Below, one piece after another: positions 15,152 to 24,126 of a DNA stretch of 32,000 nt. The stretch comes from Chlamydiota bacterium (GTDB taxonomy: Bacteria > Auribacterota > JACPWU01). The notes under the pieces were generated by a model. That model had not been told where the DNA came from, did not search any database, and saw only the letters and a program-made list of their open reading frames with translations. Location: positions 13,885 to 45,884 of the forward strand of contig JACPWU010000028.1 of assembly GCA_016196885.1 (NCBI GenBank), given 5' to 3'. Positions within the stretch are counted from its first letter, which is position 1; every line of letters begins with the position of its first letter. The translations under genes were made by a program, and so were the position numbers.

Positions 15152-15450
15152 TCCCTCTTTCCTATTATCTCATTTTGAGCGGCATTCTTTTTTCCATCGG
15201 CGTCCTGGGCATCTTAATCCGTCGTAATGCCATCATGATCCTTCTGTCTCTTGAAATTATGCTCAATGCCGTCAATTTATCCTTTGTTTCTTTCTCCCGA
15301 TTTTCTGGCAATTTAGAGGGACAAATCTTTGTTTTCTTTATTATGACCATTGCAGCGGCTGAAGTCGCCGTGGGATTGGCCATTTTAATCTCTATTTTTA
15401 GAAACAAAAAATCGGTAGACACCGATTACATGAAATCATTGAGATGGTAG
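15148..15450 (+). CDS. nuoK: NADH-quinone oxidoreductase subunit K
   Basis: MIPLSYYLILSGILF... and AAAEVAVGLAIL. Start placed at the ATG forming an ATGA overlap with the nuoJ stop. Confidence 0.9.
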   Translation: MIPLSYYLILSGILFSIGVLGILIRRNAIMILLSLEIMLNAVNLSFVSFSRFSGNLEGQIFVFFIMTIAAAEVAVGLAILISIFRNKKSVDTDYMKSLRW

Positions 15451-15455
15451 GAAGG

Positions 15456-15547
15456 CAGAAGTCAAAAAACAGAATTCAGGAGTCAGAATCCAAAATTCAG
15501 AATAAATAATGAACCTTATTATTCTGAATTCTGGATTCTGAATTCTG
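15456..15547. repeat. heptamer-period hairpin element, CAGAATN word (nuoK-nuoL spacer)
   Basis: Left arm cagaagt|caaaaaa|cagaatt|caggagt|cagaatc|caaaatt|cagaata. Right arm attctga|attctgg|attctga|attctg. 15477-15505 pairs with 15519-15547 (29 positions, 2 mismatches, 1 G.U). Confidence 0.9.
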
Positions 15548-15570
15548 TTTTCAAGGAGCGTAGCGACGTT

Positions 15571-17424
15571 ATGGCTTGGCTTATTTTATTTTCACCTTTA
15601 ATCGCATGTTTGCTAATCACCTTGATCACGTTGCGCAATTCTAAATTAAGCTCCTGGATCGCTGTCACAGCCCTCTTAATTTCTTTGGGGATTTCTTCCT
15701 CATTTTTCCTAAAGGCACTTCTCACGCCCCATTGGAAGCCCATGGAACTTTCAATCCATTGGATTACCCTCTGGTCTCTCAAAATTGAGTTTGGACTGAT
15801 TTTGGACCGGCTCTCTCTCCTCATGCTCATGGTCGTGACGGGAATCGGCAGCGCCATTTTCATTTATTCTCTGGGATATATGAAAGAAGATCCTGGCAAA
15901 TCCCGCTATTTTGCATGTTTGAGCCTCTTTGCCTTTTCAATGCTGGGGATTATCCTTTCCAACAATTTCATTCAAATGTTTATTTTCTGGGAATTGGTGG
16001 GGGCCAGCTCCTATCTCCTCATTGGCTTCTGGTACGAGAAAGATTCTGCAGCTGATGCAGGGAACAAGGCCTTTTTAGTCAATCGCGTGGGAGATTTTGG
16101 ATTTATGATGGGGATTCTTCTGTGCTGGTCCTTTTGCGGATCCGGGCTTCCAGAGAGAACTTTCAATTTTAACCAAATCCAACACATTTTCTCTGAAATG
16201 GTCGGAGCTGGTCTTTTGAGCCCAAAGCTTCTGGTCGTCGCAGGTCTGCTCATTTTTTGCGGCGTTCTCGGTAAATCAGCCCAATTTCCTCTGCATGTCT
16301 GGCTCCCTGATGCCATGGAAGGTCCCACGCCCGTCAGTGCACTCATCCACGCAGCGACCATGGTAGCAGCAGGAATTTATCTACTAGCCCGACTCTTTTT
16401 TCTTTTTGATGCCTCACCCACCGCTATGACCGTAATCGCCTATGTGGGAGCTTTCACCAGCGTTTTTGCGGCCAGCATTGCGTTCGTGCAAAATGACATT
16501 AAGCGCATCTTGGCCTATTCCACGCTCAGCCAATTGGGCCTGATGGTCTTGGCCATGGGACTGGGAGGACGACTCGAAGCCATGTATCATTTAACCACGC
16601 ATGCCTTTTTTAAAGCCCTTCTTTTCTTAGGGGCTGGAAGTGTGATCCATGCCCTTCACACTCAAGACATTTGGGACATGGGAAAACTTTTCAAGAAAAT
16701 GCCTATCACCTCAATCACTTTTTTAATTGGAACCCTGGCCCTCTGCGGTCTTTTTCCCTTGAGCGGTTTCTGGAGCAAAGATGAAATTCTTCTTTTAGCA
16801 TTTGAAAAAAATATTTTTCTCTACCGTCTGGCAAGTGTGGCCACATGGATGACTTCTTTCTACATGGCCCGCGCTTTTTTTGTCGCTTTTTTGGCCCCAG
16901 AGAAGAAGATTCACCACCCTGTTCATGAATCCTCATGGACCCTCACAGGACCCATGATTTTTTTAGCAATCGGAGCTTGTATCGCCGGCTTCATCCACAT
17001 TCCTGAATTTATTTTAGGCCATGATGTTTTGGAATCTCATATCAACCTCCCCATTGCATTCACCTCTCAAGCGATGAGTCTTTCTGGAATCGTGATCGCC
17101 TTTTTTCTCTATGCTTATCGCGATGCCTGGGGAGCTAAAAAATTAAAAGAAATTTTTAAAATTTTTCATATCATCTTGAGCCGAAAATATTTTATGGACG
17201 ATTTATACAACGGAATCGTGAAATACATTCAGCAAAATATTGCCGTTTTGTGTCACTTAACAGACCGAAATTTGATTGTTCGATTTGGAGTGAACGGCGT
17301 TGCAAAAATCACAAAAACATCCGGAGAATTTTTAAGATTTTGTCAGACCGGAAGAATTCAAACGTATGCCCTTTTCTTCTTTGCAGGCATTACGGTGATT
17401 GTGTTTGTTTTTATTTTAAAATAG
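15571..17424 (+). CDS. nuoL: NADH-quinone oxidoreductase subunit L
   Basis: 617 aa with WLPDAMEGPTPVSALIHAATMV and a C-terminal lateral-helix region (DRNLIVRFGVNGVA). AAGGAG RBS at 15553-15558. Confidence 0.95.
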   Translation: MAWLILFSPLIACLLITLITLRNSKLSSWIAVTALLISLGISSSFFLKALLTPHWKPMELSIHWITLWSLKIEFGLILDRLSLLMLMVVTGIGSAIFIYSLGYMKEDPGKSRYFACLSLFAFSMLGIILSNNFIQMFIFWELVGASSYLLIGFWYEKDSAADAGNKAFLVNRVGDFGFMMGILLCWSFCGSGLPERTFNFNQIQHIFSEMVGAGLLSPKLLVVAGLLIFCGVLGKSAQFPLHVWLPDAMEGPTPVSALIHAATMVAAGIYLLARLFFLFDASPTAMTVIAYVGAFTSVFAASIAFVQNDIKRILAYSTLSQLGLMVLAMGLGGRLEAMYHLTTHAFFKALLFLGAGSVIHALHTQDIWDMGKLFKKMPITSITFLIGTLALCGLFPLSGFWSKDEILLLAFEKNIFLYRLASVATWMTSFYMARAFFVAFLAPEKKIHHPVHESSWTLTGPMIFLAIGACIAGFIHIPEFILGHDVLESHINLPIAFTSQAMSLSGIVIAFFLYAYRDAWGAKKLKEIFKIFHIILSRKYFMDDLYNGIVKYIQQNIAVLCHLTDRNLIVRFGVNGVAKITKTSGEFLRFCQTGRIQTYALFFFAGITVIVFVFILK

Positions 17425-17450
17425 GGACTTAATCAATTTTTCAAGGAATT

Positions 17451-18986
17451 ATGGGCATTCTCACTTACATTTTATTACTGCCTCTTTTAGGGGCTCTTGT
17501 GATTCTCTTTCTTCCCAAAGAGAAGGAAACGTGGATTCGTAGAACCGCAGTTGCGGCTACGTTTATTCCACTGGTTCTGGCTCTTCTCGTCTGGGCAAAA
17601 TATGACCGGACCCTCGGGGGTTATCAATTTATATGCCGGATTCCCTGGGTTCCCTCTCTGGGCATCACTTATCAAGTGGGAGTGGATGGCATTGGCGTTG
17701 TGATGCTTCTCTTGCAGGGATTTTGTTCCTTTGCAGCCACCTTAATTTCTTATTTCATCAAGACACGCATCAAGGAATATTTTGTCTTTCTTCTTTTCCT
17801 CATCACCAGCGTTTATGGCGTCTTTATCTCCCTGGATCTTTTTTTCTTTTATCTCTTTTACGAAATGGCAGTTCTTCCCATGTATCCCCTGATTGGGATT
17901 TGGGGCTCTACCAACAAAGAATATGCAACGATGAAACTCACACTTTACATCACCACGGGCGCTGTACTGGCCTTTGTGGGACTCCTGGTTCTTTATTTTG
18001 CAAGTGGTATTCATTCCTTTGATTTAATCGCTCTTGAAGAACATTGCGCAGCTCATCCTCTCAGCCCAGAATTGCAAAAATTTCTTTTTGCACTGATTGT
18101 GGTAGGCTTTGGTGTCATCGCCTCTCTCTGGCCTTTCCATACGTGGTCCCCCATGGGTTATGCAGCCGCTCCTTCGGGTGTGAGCATGCTCCACGCAGGT
18201 GTTCTAAAAAAATTAGGCGCTTACGCAATGATTCGAATTGCGATCAATCTTCTCCCCCAGGGAGCCGCCTTCTGGTCCAGTACCTTGGCTACCCTTGCCA
18301 TGATGAACATTCTTTACTGCGGATGGGCAGCCATGGCTCAAAAGGACATGAAATTTATCGTGGGTTATTCGAGCTGTAGCCACATGGGCTATGTTCTCTT
18401 AGGGATTGCTTGTCTCAATCAAACGGGCCTCAACGGGGCTGTTCTTCTTATTTTTGCGCACGGCATCATGGCCGCTCTATCTTTTGCGCTCATTGGCTAC
18501 TGCTACGAGCAAACGCATACACGTAGGGTCGATGAACTCGGCGGCCTTGCCAAAAAACTTCCCTTCATTGCAACCTGTTTTAGTCTAGCAGCCATGGCCT
18601 CCAGCGGACTACCCGGTTTCGCCAATTTTGTTTCTGAAATCATGATTTTTATTGGAGCCTGGGAGAATTTAACCCCTCAGGCCATTGCCGCTATTTTTGG
18701 AATCATTATCACAGCCACTTATCTTTTAAGAATGATTCGGCATACATTTTTTGGTCCGCTCAACCCAAAATGGGAACATCTCAAAGATGCCACCGCTCCA
18801 TGGCAAAAATTGCCATATATCCTGCTGGTATCCGTGCTGGTCATTGTAGGCTTTTGGCCCTCTCTTCTGACAAAACCCATTGATTTGGGAATCTCTTCGA
18901 TTTTAAAACGCTCTGAAAGAAATATAGACCGAATGTTTGTGAAAAATAATATCAGCATTGAAAAAAGTGAGCCGCCAAAAGCATGA
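17451..18986 (+). CDS. nuoM: NADH-quinone oxidoreductase subunit M (divergent TM7 motif)
   Basis: 511 aa antiporter-like subunit with FYEMAVLPMY. It has HTWSPMGYAAAPSGVSMLHAG in place of the usual H.WLPDAH.EAPT. Confidence 0.85.
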   Translation: MGILTYILLLPLLGALVILFLPKEKETWIRRTAVAATFIPLVLALLVWAKYDRTLGGYQFICRIPWVPSLGITYQVGVDGIGVVMLLLQGFCSFAATLISYFIKTRIKEYFVFLLFLITSVYGVFISLDLFFFYLFYEMAVLPMYPLIGIWGSTNKEYATMKLTLYITTGAVLAFVGLLVLYFASGIHSFDLIALEEHCAAHPLSPELQKFLFALIVVGFGVIASLWPFHTWSPMGYAAAPSGVSMLHAGVLKKLGAYAMIRIAINLLPQGAAFWSSTLATLAMMNILYCGWAAMAQKDMKFIVGYSSCSHMGYVLLGIACLNQTGLNGAVLLIFAHGIMAALSFALIGYCYEQTHTRRVDELGGLAKKLPFIATCFSLAAMASSGLPGFANFVSEIMIFIGAWENLTPQAIAAIFGIIITATYLLRMIRHTFFGPLNPKWEHLKDATAPWQKLPYILLVSVLVIVGFWPSLLTKPIDLGISSILKRSERNIDRMFVKNNISIEKSEPPKA

Positions 18987-20419
18987 TGAATTTCATCTCT
19001 CTTCTCCATCCCTTCTCTCTTGAAATTGGCCTTGCAATTATTATTCTGGGCCTCTTTTTCCTAGATCTTTTCTCTGTCCAAGCTAAAAAAAACATTGGAT
19101 CTTGGGCATGGGGCCTCACATTCCTTCTTTTACTCATTCATCTATCGAACTGGAAACATTTTGTATCAGCACTTTCTTCTACTTATGTTCATGACGCTCT
19201 CTCTTTTCTCCTAAGTGTTTTCTTTCTCATCACCCTTCTTTTCATCTTAGCCATGTCAAAAAGTTATAGGCACCGTTTTGAAAGAGGCCACAGTGAATTT
19301 TACATGCTCATTCTTTTGGCCAGTTTGGGCATGATCACCCTTGCCTCCACCACAGACTTTCTTCTGCTGTTTGTATCGCTTGAACTCATTACAGTTTCCT
19401 TCTACGTCATGAACACTTATTTAAGAACCGATCCCAAATCTATTGAAGCAGGCTTGAAATATTTGGTCTTGGGAGCGCTTTCATCTGGATTTTTACTGTA
19501 CGGCATCAGCTTTATTTATGGTCTCTCTGGAAGCACGCATTTTTCGGACATCGCTCGATATGCTTCATCCCCAGAGGCCAACGCCAAAGTGCTTCTGTTT
19601 GGATTTCTTTTGGTCATGGTAGGGGTCGGATTCAAAATGGGATCTGTGCCCTTTCATTTCTGGATTCCAGACGTATATGAAGGGGCTCCAACCCCTGCAA
19701 CTGCCTTTCTTTCGGTGGGATCCAAAGCGGCGGGTTTTTTTATTCTCATTCGCCTCACGAACATCTTTTTTCCTCATTTTCAGAACGCATGGGTTCTGCT
19801 CTTCACCCTTCTTTCCGCGATAACGCTTATTTATGGAAATCTCGGCGCCATCCCTCAGAAAAACATCAAGCGCTTCTTAGGCTATTCAAGCATCGGACAC
19901 GCGGGTTATCTTTTAATGGGCTTTGCGGCAGGATCAACTCAAGGCCTTCATGCTGTGCTTTATTATCTCTTTTCTTACCTTTTCACCAATCTCTGCGCCT
20001 TTTGGGTGGTTATCCTTTTTTCCAAAGCCACAGAAAGCGATGAAATAGCTGACTACGCAGGTCTTTCCAAGCGCTCTCCCTTTCTCGCAGCAACTTTGTT
20101 TATCGCCTTAATGAGTTTGGCTGGGGTTCCTCCTCTAGCAGGTTTTTTTGGAAAATTCTTATTGATTCGCGCAGTTGTTGAAAAAAACCTTATTTGGCTC
20201 GCCGTTTTAGGCGCTCTGAATGTGGTGGTCTCTCTTTACTACTATTTGATGATTGTGAAAAAAATGTACATCGATGAGCCCCAAAATCCAGAAACAATCC
20301 CTCTGGACCCTTCTTCTAAAATCGGACTATCCATCGCAATTGCAGGCATCATTGGCTTAGGCATTTTTCAAGCACCGCTTTTACAGTGGATTGAGAGTGC
20401 TGTTAAAAGTATTTTGTAG
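18983..20419 (+). CDS. nuoN: NADH-quinone oxidoreductase subunit N
   Basis: 478 aa with FHFWIPDVYEGAPTPATAFL. ATGA overlap with nuoM. Confidence 0.9.
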   Translation: MMNFISLLHPFSLEIGLAIIILGLFFLDLFSVQAKKNIGSWAWGLTFLLLLIHLSNWKHFVSALSSTYVHDALSFLLSVFFLITLLFILAMSKSYRHRFERGHSEFYMLILLASLGMITLASTTDFLLLFVSLELITVSFYVMNTYLRTDPKSIEAGLKYLVLGALSSGFLLYGISFIYGLSGSTHFSDIARYASSPEANAKVLLFGFLLVMVGVGFKMGSVPFHFWIPDVYEGAPTPATAFLSVGSKAAGFFILIRLTNIFFPHFQNAWVLLFTLLSAITLIYGNLGAIPQKNIKRFLGYSSIGHAGYLLMGFAAGSTQGLHAVLYYLFSYLFTNLCAFWVVILFSKATESDEIADYAGLSKRSPFLAATLFIALMSLAGVPPLAGFFGKFLLIRAVVEKNLIWLAVLGALNVVVSLYYYLMIVKKMYIDEPQNPETIPLDPSSKIGLSIAIAGIIGLGIFQAPLLQWIESAVKSIL

Positions 20420-20459
20420 GAAAAGAATACTGCCACTCAAAATCTTTTCGTCTGATACT

Positions 20460-20777
20460 TTACTTTAACCAAAGAAAAGTAGACAAAGGCAGAGGAATAA
20501 TTCGAGGGTCTGAAATTTTCACATCTTCATTTAGGGTGATCAACAATCCAAAGGGGGCATTATAAACCGATTTCTCCAGGAACGCTCTCAAACCTAACGT
20601 ATCTTCATGCTCATCAATCCGTTTTCGGTATTTGACCTCAATAGGAATTCGTTTGGTACCCACTGTTAGAACAAAGTCAACTTCGGGTTCTGCCCCTCTC
20701 ATCGGGAAATAGGCTACATCCAAGTTGGGAATAGAAGCCAGAAAATATCCTTTTCGAAAAATGTACTTGAGGTCATT
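20460..20777 (-). pseudogene. C-terminal remnant of a COG1373-type AAA ATPase (DUF4143 / PD-(D/E)XK-like tail)
   Basis: The open frame runs only from 20777 (upstream in-frame TAG at 20778-20780) to the stop at 20460. It contains EVDFVL...IPIEVKY, typical of the C-terminal end of roughly 400-aa AAA+DUF4143 proteins. No ATPase part is present and leuD abuts it. Confidence 0.55.
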
Positions 20778-20791
20778 CTAACGGGATCTGA

Positions 20792-21430
20792 TTAATATTT
20801 CAACTGGGCATCATGCTTGGCTTCAAAGCTACTAATCGCTTTTTCATGCTGAAGCGTAATCCCAATATCATCCAGGCCATGAATCAGGCGATGTTTGATG
20901 GCAGCATCCATTTCAAAGTGGAATGAAATTTCTTCGGGGAGAAGAAGCGTCACACGTTGATGTTCTAATTCTACTTTGGCCTGAAGGCCTTTGAAGCGAG
21001 AGACCATTTGAAAAATTTCTTCAACTTCCGCTTCTTGAAGTTCAAGGGTGAGCAAACCATTTTTCAAACTGTTGTTTCTAAAAATATCGGCAAAACCTGG
21101 AATCACATTTTCCCCGCGCTCGACATTGGGCGCGATCACCACATGAAATCCATATTGCTCAATGGCCCAAACCGCATGCTCTCGGCTAGACCCGCAACCA
21201 AAATTGTTACGAGCCACCAAAATGGTGGCCCCTTTGAATCTATCTTGATTCAATTCAAAATCGGGATTGGGTTTTCCATTTTCCAAATATCGCCAATCCT
21301 GAAAAAGATGTTCGCCAAAACCCGTGCGCGTAATTTTTTTCAAGAATTGTTTGGGAATGATCTGATCGGTGTCTACGTTCGCTCGATCTAAGAGAGCGAT
21401 CAAACCTTGATGATTATTAAATGATTTCAT
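20792..21430 (-). CDS. leuD: 3-isopropylmalate dehydratase small subunit
   Basis: 212 aa with ILVARNNFGCGSSREHAVWAI. Located downstream of leuC. Confidence 0.95.
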   Translation of the reverse strand: MKSFNNHQGLIALLDRANVDTDQIIPKQFLKKITRTGFGEHLFQDWRYLENGKPNPDFELNQDRFKGATILVARNNFGCGSSREHAVWAIEQYGFHVVIAPNVERGENVIPGFADIFRNNSLKNGLLTLELQEAEVEEIFQMVSRFKGLQAKVELEHQRVTLLLPEEISFHFEMDAAIKHRLIHGLDDIGITLQHEKAISSFEAKHDAQLKY

Positions 21431-21437
21431 TCAATAT

Positions 21438-21473
21438 CCTTTGAACTTTTAAACCCTTAAACTTTTGAACCTT
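21438..21473. repeat. AAAC(C/T)TTT tandem word block (leuC-leuD junction, overlapping the leuC 3' end)
   Basis: cctttgaacttttaaacccttaaacttttgaacctt. Homologous to 3313-3340. Confidence 0.7.
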
Positions 21474-22866
21474 CTTTCCACTTCCGTATGTCCACAAAAT
21501 GCCCTTCCACCGCCGCTGCGGCCGCCATTTCAGGACTCACCAAGTGCGTGCGGCCGCCTTTACCCTGACGTCCTTCAAAATTGCGATTCGAAGTAGAAGC
21601 TGATCTCTCGCCTGACTTTAATTGATCCGGATTCATGCCCAAACACATGCTGCAGCCTGAAAAACGCCATTCGCAACCGGCTGCTTTAAAAATCTCATGC
21701 AGGCCTTCGCGCTCAGCCTGGTGACGCACCTTTTCAGAACCAGGCACAATCAAGGCTCGAACTTTCGAGGAAACTTTCCGCCCTTTAAAAATCTGAGCGG
21801 CCCGTCTTAAGTCCTCAATTCGGCCATTCGTACAACTGCCAATAAAAACGGTGTCCACTTTGACTTCTTCAAGAGGCGTTCCTGAAACCAGCCCCATGTA
21901 CGCAAGCGCCTGCTCGACATCTTTTGGGTTGTAACCTGGAACTTCATTTGGGTCCGGGACCTTGGCCGTGACGTCTGTCACCATCCCAGGACTGGTTCCC
22001 CATGTGACTTGCGGAGAAATTTTGGACGCATCGATTTTTAATTCCCGATGAAATTTTGCGTCCGAATCCGACGGAAGTGTTTTCCAAAATTGAATCGCTT
22101 TTTCTAAATTTTTGGGTGCAAAGGGACGACTCTCACGAGAAAAATATTCGAAGGTCACTTCATCTGGAGCAATCAAACCCGCTCGAGCCCCTGCTTCAAT
22201 GCTCATGTTGCAAACCGTCATGCGCTCTTCCATGGAAAGCCGGCGAATCGCATCACCCGCATATTCCAGAACACAACCTGTGGCACCTGCCGTTCCAATT
22301 TGACCGATTAATTTTAAAATCATGTCTTTCGCGGTGACATGGGGCTGAAGCTTACCTGTAAATTCCACCTTGAACGTTTTTGGCTTTTTCTGAGGAAGAC
22401 ACTGCGTCGCCAAGACATGTTCCACTTCTGAAGTTCCAATCCCAAAAGCCAGGGCGCCGAAAGCTCCATGCGTCGAGGTGTGAGAATCTCCACAAACAAT
22501 GGTTGTCCCTGGCAAAGTGATCCCCAGTTCAGGGCCAATCACATGAACAATCCCCTGGCGATCGCTTTTCAAATCATAAAGCGTAATGCCAAACTCTGCA
22601 CAATTTTTAGACAAGGCCTCGATTTGTGCCTTCGAAATAGGATCTTTAATTTCTCCCCGCCCATCGGTTGGAACATTGTGATCCATGGTGGCAAACGTAA
22701 GTTCAGAACGCCGGACTTTCCGATGGGACAAACGAAGGCCGTCAAAGGCTTGAGGGCTGGTGACTTCATGTACCAGATGGCGATCTATATAAATGAGCAC
22801 CGTCCCATCCGGCAAAGTTTCAACTACATGACGATCCCAAATTTTCTCGAAAAGTGTTTTAGGCAT
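21457..22866 (-). CDS. leuC: 3-isopropylmalate dehydratase large subunit
   Basis: 469 aa with aconitase-family motifs [35 protein letters not shown] and CSMCLGMN. Confidence 0.95.
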   Translation of the reverse strand: MPKTLFEKIWDRHVVETLPDGTVLIYIDRHLVHEVTSPQAFDGLRLSHRKVRRSELTFATMDHNVPTDGRGEIKDPISKAQIEALSKNCAEFGITLYDLKSDRQGIVHVIGPELGITLPGTTIVCGDSHTSTHGAFGALAFGIGTSEVEHVLATQCLPQKKPKTFKVEFTGKLQPHVTAKDMILKLIGQIGTAGATGCVLEYAGDAIRRLSMEERMTVCNMSIEAGARAGLIAPDEVTFEYFSRESRPFAPKNLEKAIQFWKTLPSDSDAKFHRELKIDASKISPQVTWGTSPGMVTDVTAKVPDPNEVPGYNPKDVEQALAYMGLVSGTPLEEVKVDTVFIGSCTNGRIEDLRRAAQIFKGRKVSSKVRALIVPGSEKVRHQAEREGLHEIFKAAGCEWRFSGCSMCLGMNPDQLKSGERSASTSNRNFEGRQGKGGRTHLVSPEMAAAAAVEGHFVDIRKWKEGSKV

Positions 22867-22888
22867 AGGGGCGCCAGTATACTAAAGC

Positions 22889-22953
22889 AGTGCTTAAGTG
22901 TCTAGGTGTCTGAGTGCTTAAGTTAGTAGGAAGGATTTTTTTACTTAGGCACT
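22889..22953. repeat. octamer-period repeat block with short inverted partner (leuC upstream region)
   Basis: gtgcttaa|gtgtctag|gtgtctga|gtgcttaa|gt, then acttaggcact at 22943-22953, followed by a T-run on the plus strand. Confidence 0.75.
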
Positions 22954-22967
22954 TTTTTTAATATTGC

Positions 22968-23405
22968 TTATGCCTTTGTTACCACAAAACTCGCCACATA
23001 ATCCGAGGGTTCTATCTTTTGCCCCATTTTTGGATAAGGCTCGACTTTGGAAAGGGTGATGATACAACCTCCGATCACTTCGGGAGATTTATTTTTTGGC
23101 ATCATCGGAAGAGCCAAAGTGTGATCCCCTAAATCTTGTCCATCTTTCTCCACATGCACTAAAACTTTCACTTGCCCCGCCCAAATACATTCAGCCCCCT
23201 CTGGGCATCGAGAATCGGAGGGAATACTTTTAAGCATCATTTTCAAATTTTCTGAGGGAATCGCAACTGTTCCACCCATTTTAAGTTGGAACTCTTCACC
23301 CAAAACCAGAACATGCTCATCTGAAAAAGCGAGATGGGAAAAATTTTTCATCTCTCCTGCCTGGAAAACCAGAAAGAAAATTAAAATGGTTACTCTAAAA
23401 AACAT
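22968..23405 (-). CDS. hypothetical secreted protein
   Basis: 145 aa with a hydrophobic N-terminus and the motif DSRCPEGAECIWAGQVKV. No confident family assignment. Confidence 0.5.
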   Translation of the reverse strand: MFFRVTILIFFLVFQAGEMKNFSHLAFSDEHVLVLGEEFQLKMGGTVAIPSENLKMMLKSIPSDSRCPEGAECIWAGQVKVLVHVEKDGQDLGDHTLALPMMPKNKSPEVIGGCIITLSKVEPYPKMGQKIEPSDYVASFVVTKA

Positions 23406-23423
23406 AAATACCTCCTGATGGAG

Positions 23424-23825
23424 CTACCGAATAGAATCTAAGAATGTTTTAGCATTCATGATCTTAATCCCCATATAACGACCCACTGCGAGAAGAGCCT
23501 TATCACCTGTGACAACAACCTCAGCCTCTAAGGCAACCGCACATTCAATAAACTTGTCGTCGTTGGGATCTTCTTTAACAATCTGAAGCGAAGGTGTCTT
23601 TGCTGTAAATACAGTATTGTATCCTTGTCCCCAAAGAGCAAGAAGCTCTTCAAATTCATCCCGACCTTCTAAACCCATTCTTTTAAGGACTTTTGTATAT
23701 TCCTCAAAAATCTCATCTGAGAGACAAAGAATGATTTTTCCTACCTTCCAAAAATCAATCACCCTCTTTGGGTTTCCACCAAAGAAAGAAGAAACAAACA
23801 CATTGGTATCAACAACCACTTTCAA
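23424..23825 (-). CDS. PIN-domain toxin (PIN_3-like)
   Basis: MKVVVDTNVFVSS, DPNDDKFIECA and VVTGDKAL. 4-nt overlap with the upstream antitoxin. Confidence 0.85.
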   Translation of the reverse strand: MKVVVDTNVFVSSFFGGNPKRVIDFWKVGKIILCLSDEIFEEYTKVLKRMGLEGRDEFEELLALWGQGYNTVFTAKTPSLQIVKEDPNDDKFIECAVALEAEVVVTGDKALLAVGRYMGIKIMNAKTFLDSIR

Positions 23826-24070
23826 CGCTGAGCCTCTCTCACCTCTTTGATGACACGACCTATATCATGAGAGCCAAATCCCTTAGAACGAAGCCTTTTC
23901 CCAATTCGTCCCCAAAGATTTTCAATATAACCCTCCATGTCGTGCTCTCGAATATAGGCTTGAAAAAGTTCGCGAACCACCTGACTTGTGGTTTTACCTT
24001 CACGTCTTGCCAAAATATCCATCTTGGATTTCATGACAGCGTCTATACGTATCATCATCTGATTTAACAT
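23822..24070 (-). CDS. ribbon-helix-helix (CopG-like) antitoxin
   Basis: 82 aa. IRIDAVMKSKMDILARREGKTTSQVVRELF fits an RHH strand-helix-helix. Directly precedes the PIN gene. Confidence 0.7.
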   Translation of the reverse strand: MLNQMMIRIDAVMKSKMDILARREGKTTSQVVRELFQAYIREHDMEGYIENLWGRIGKRLRSKGFGSHDIGRVIKEVREAQR

Positions 24071-24078
24071 AATAAAAC

Positions 24079-24116
24079 CTCATATGATATATTATATATA
24101 CAAGATATCATATGAG
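24079..24116 (-). promoter_or_regulatory. perfect 12-bp inverted repeat (CTCATATGATAT / ATATCATATGAG), candidate terminator and TA operator
   Basis: Arms at 24079-24090 and 24105-24116 with a 14-nt AT loop. It lies 10 nt after the M20 peptidase stop and 8 nt before the antitoxin ATG. On the minus strand it is followed by GTTTTATTATG, and the GAGG RBS overlaps the 3' arm. Confidence 0.5.
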
Positions 24117-24126
24117 CCGTCTTTTG

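Noticed and set aside
15519-15863. 114-aa minus-strand ORF across the nuoK-nuoL hairpin and the nuoL 5' end
   Set aside because: It is antisense to the strongly supported nuoL gene and begins in the repeat element. It shows no motifs.
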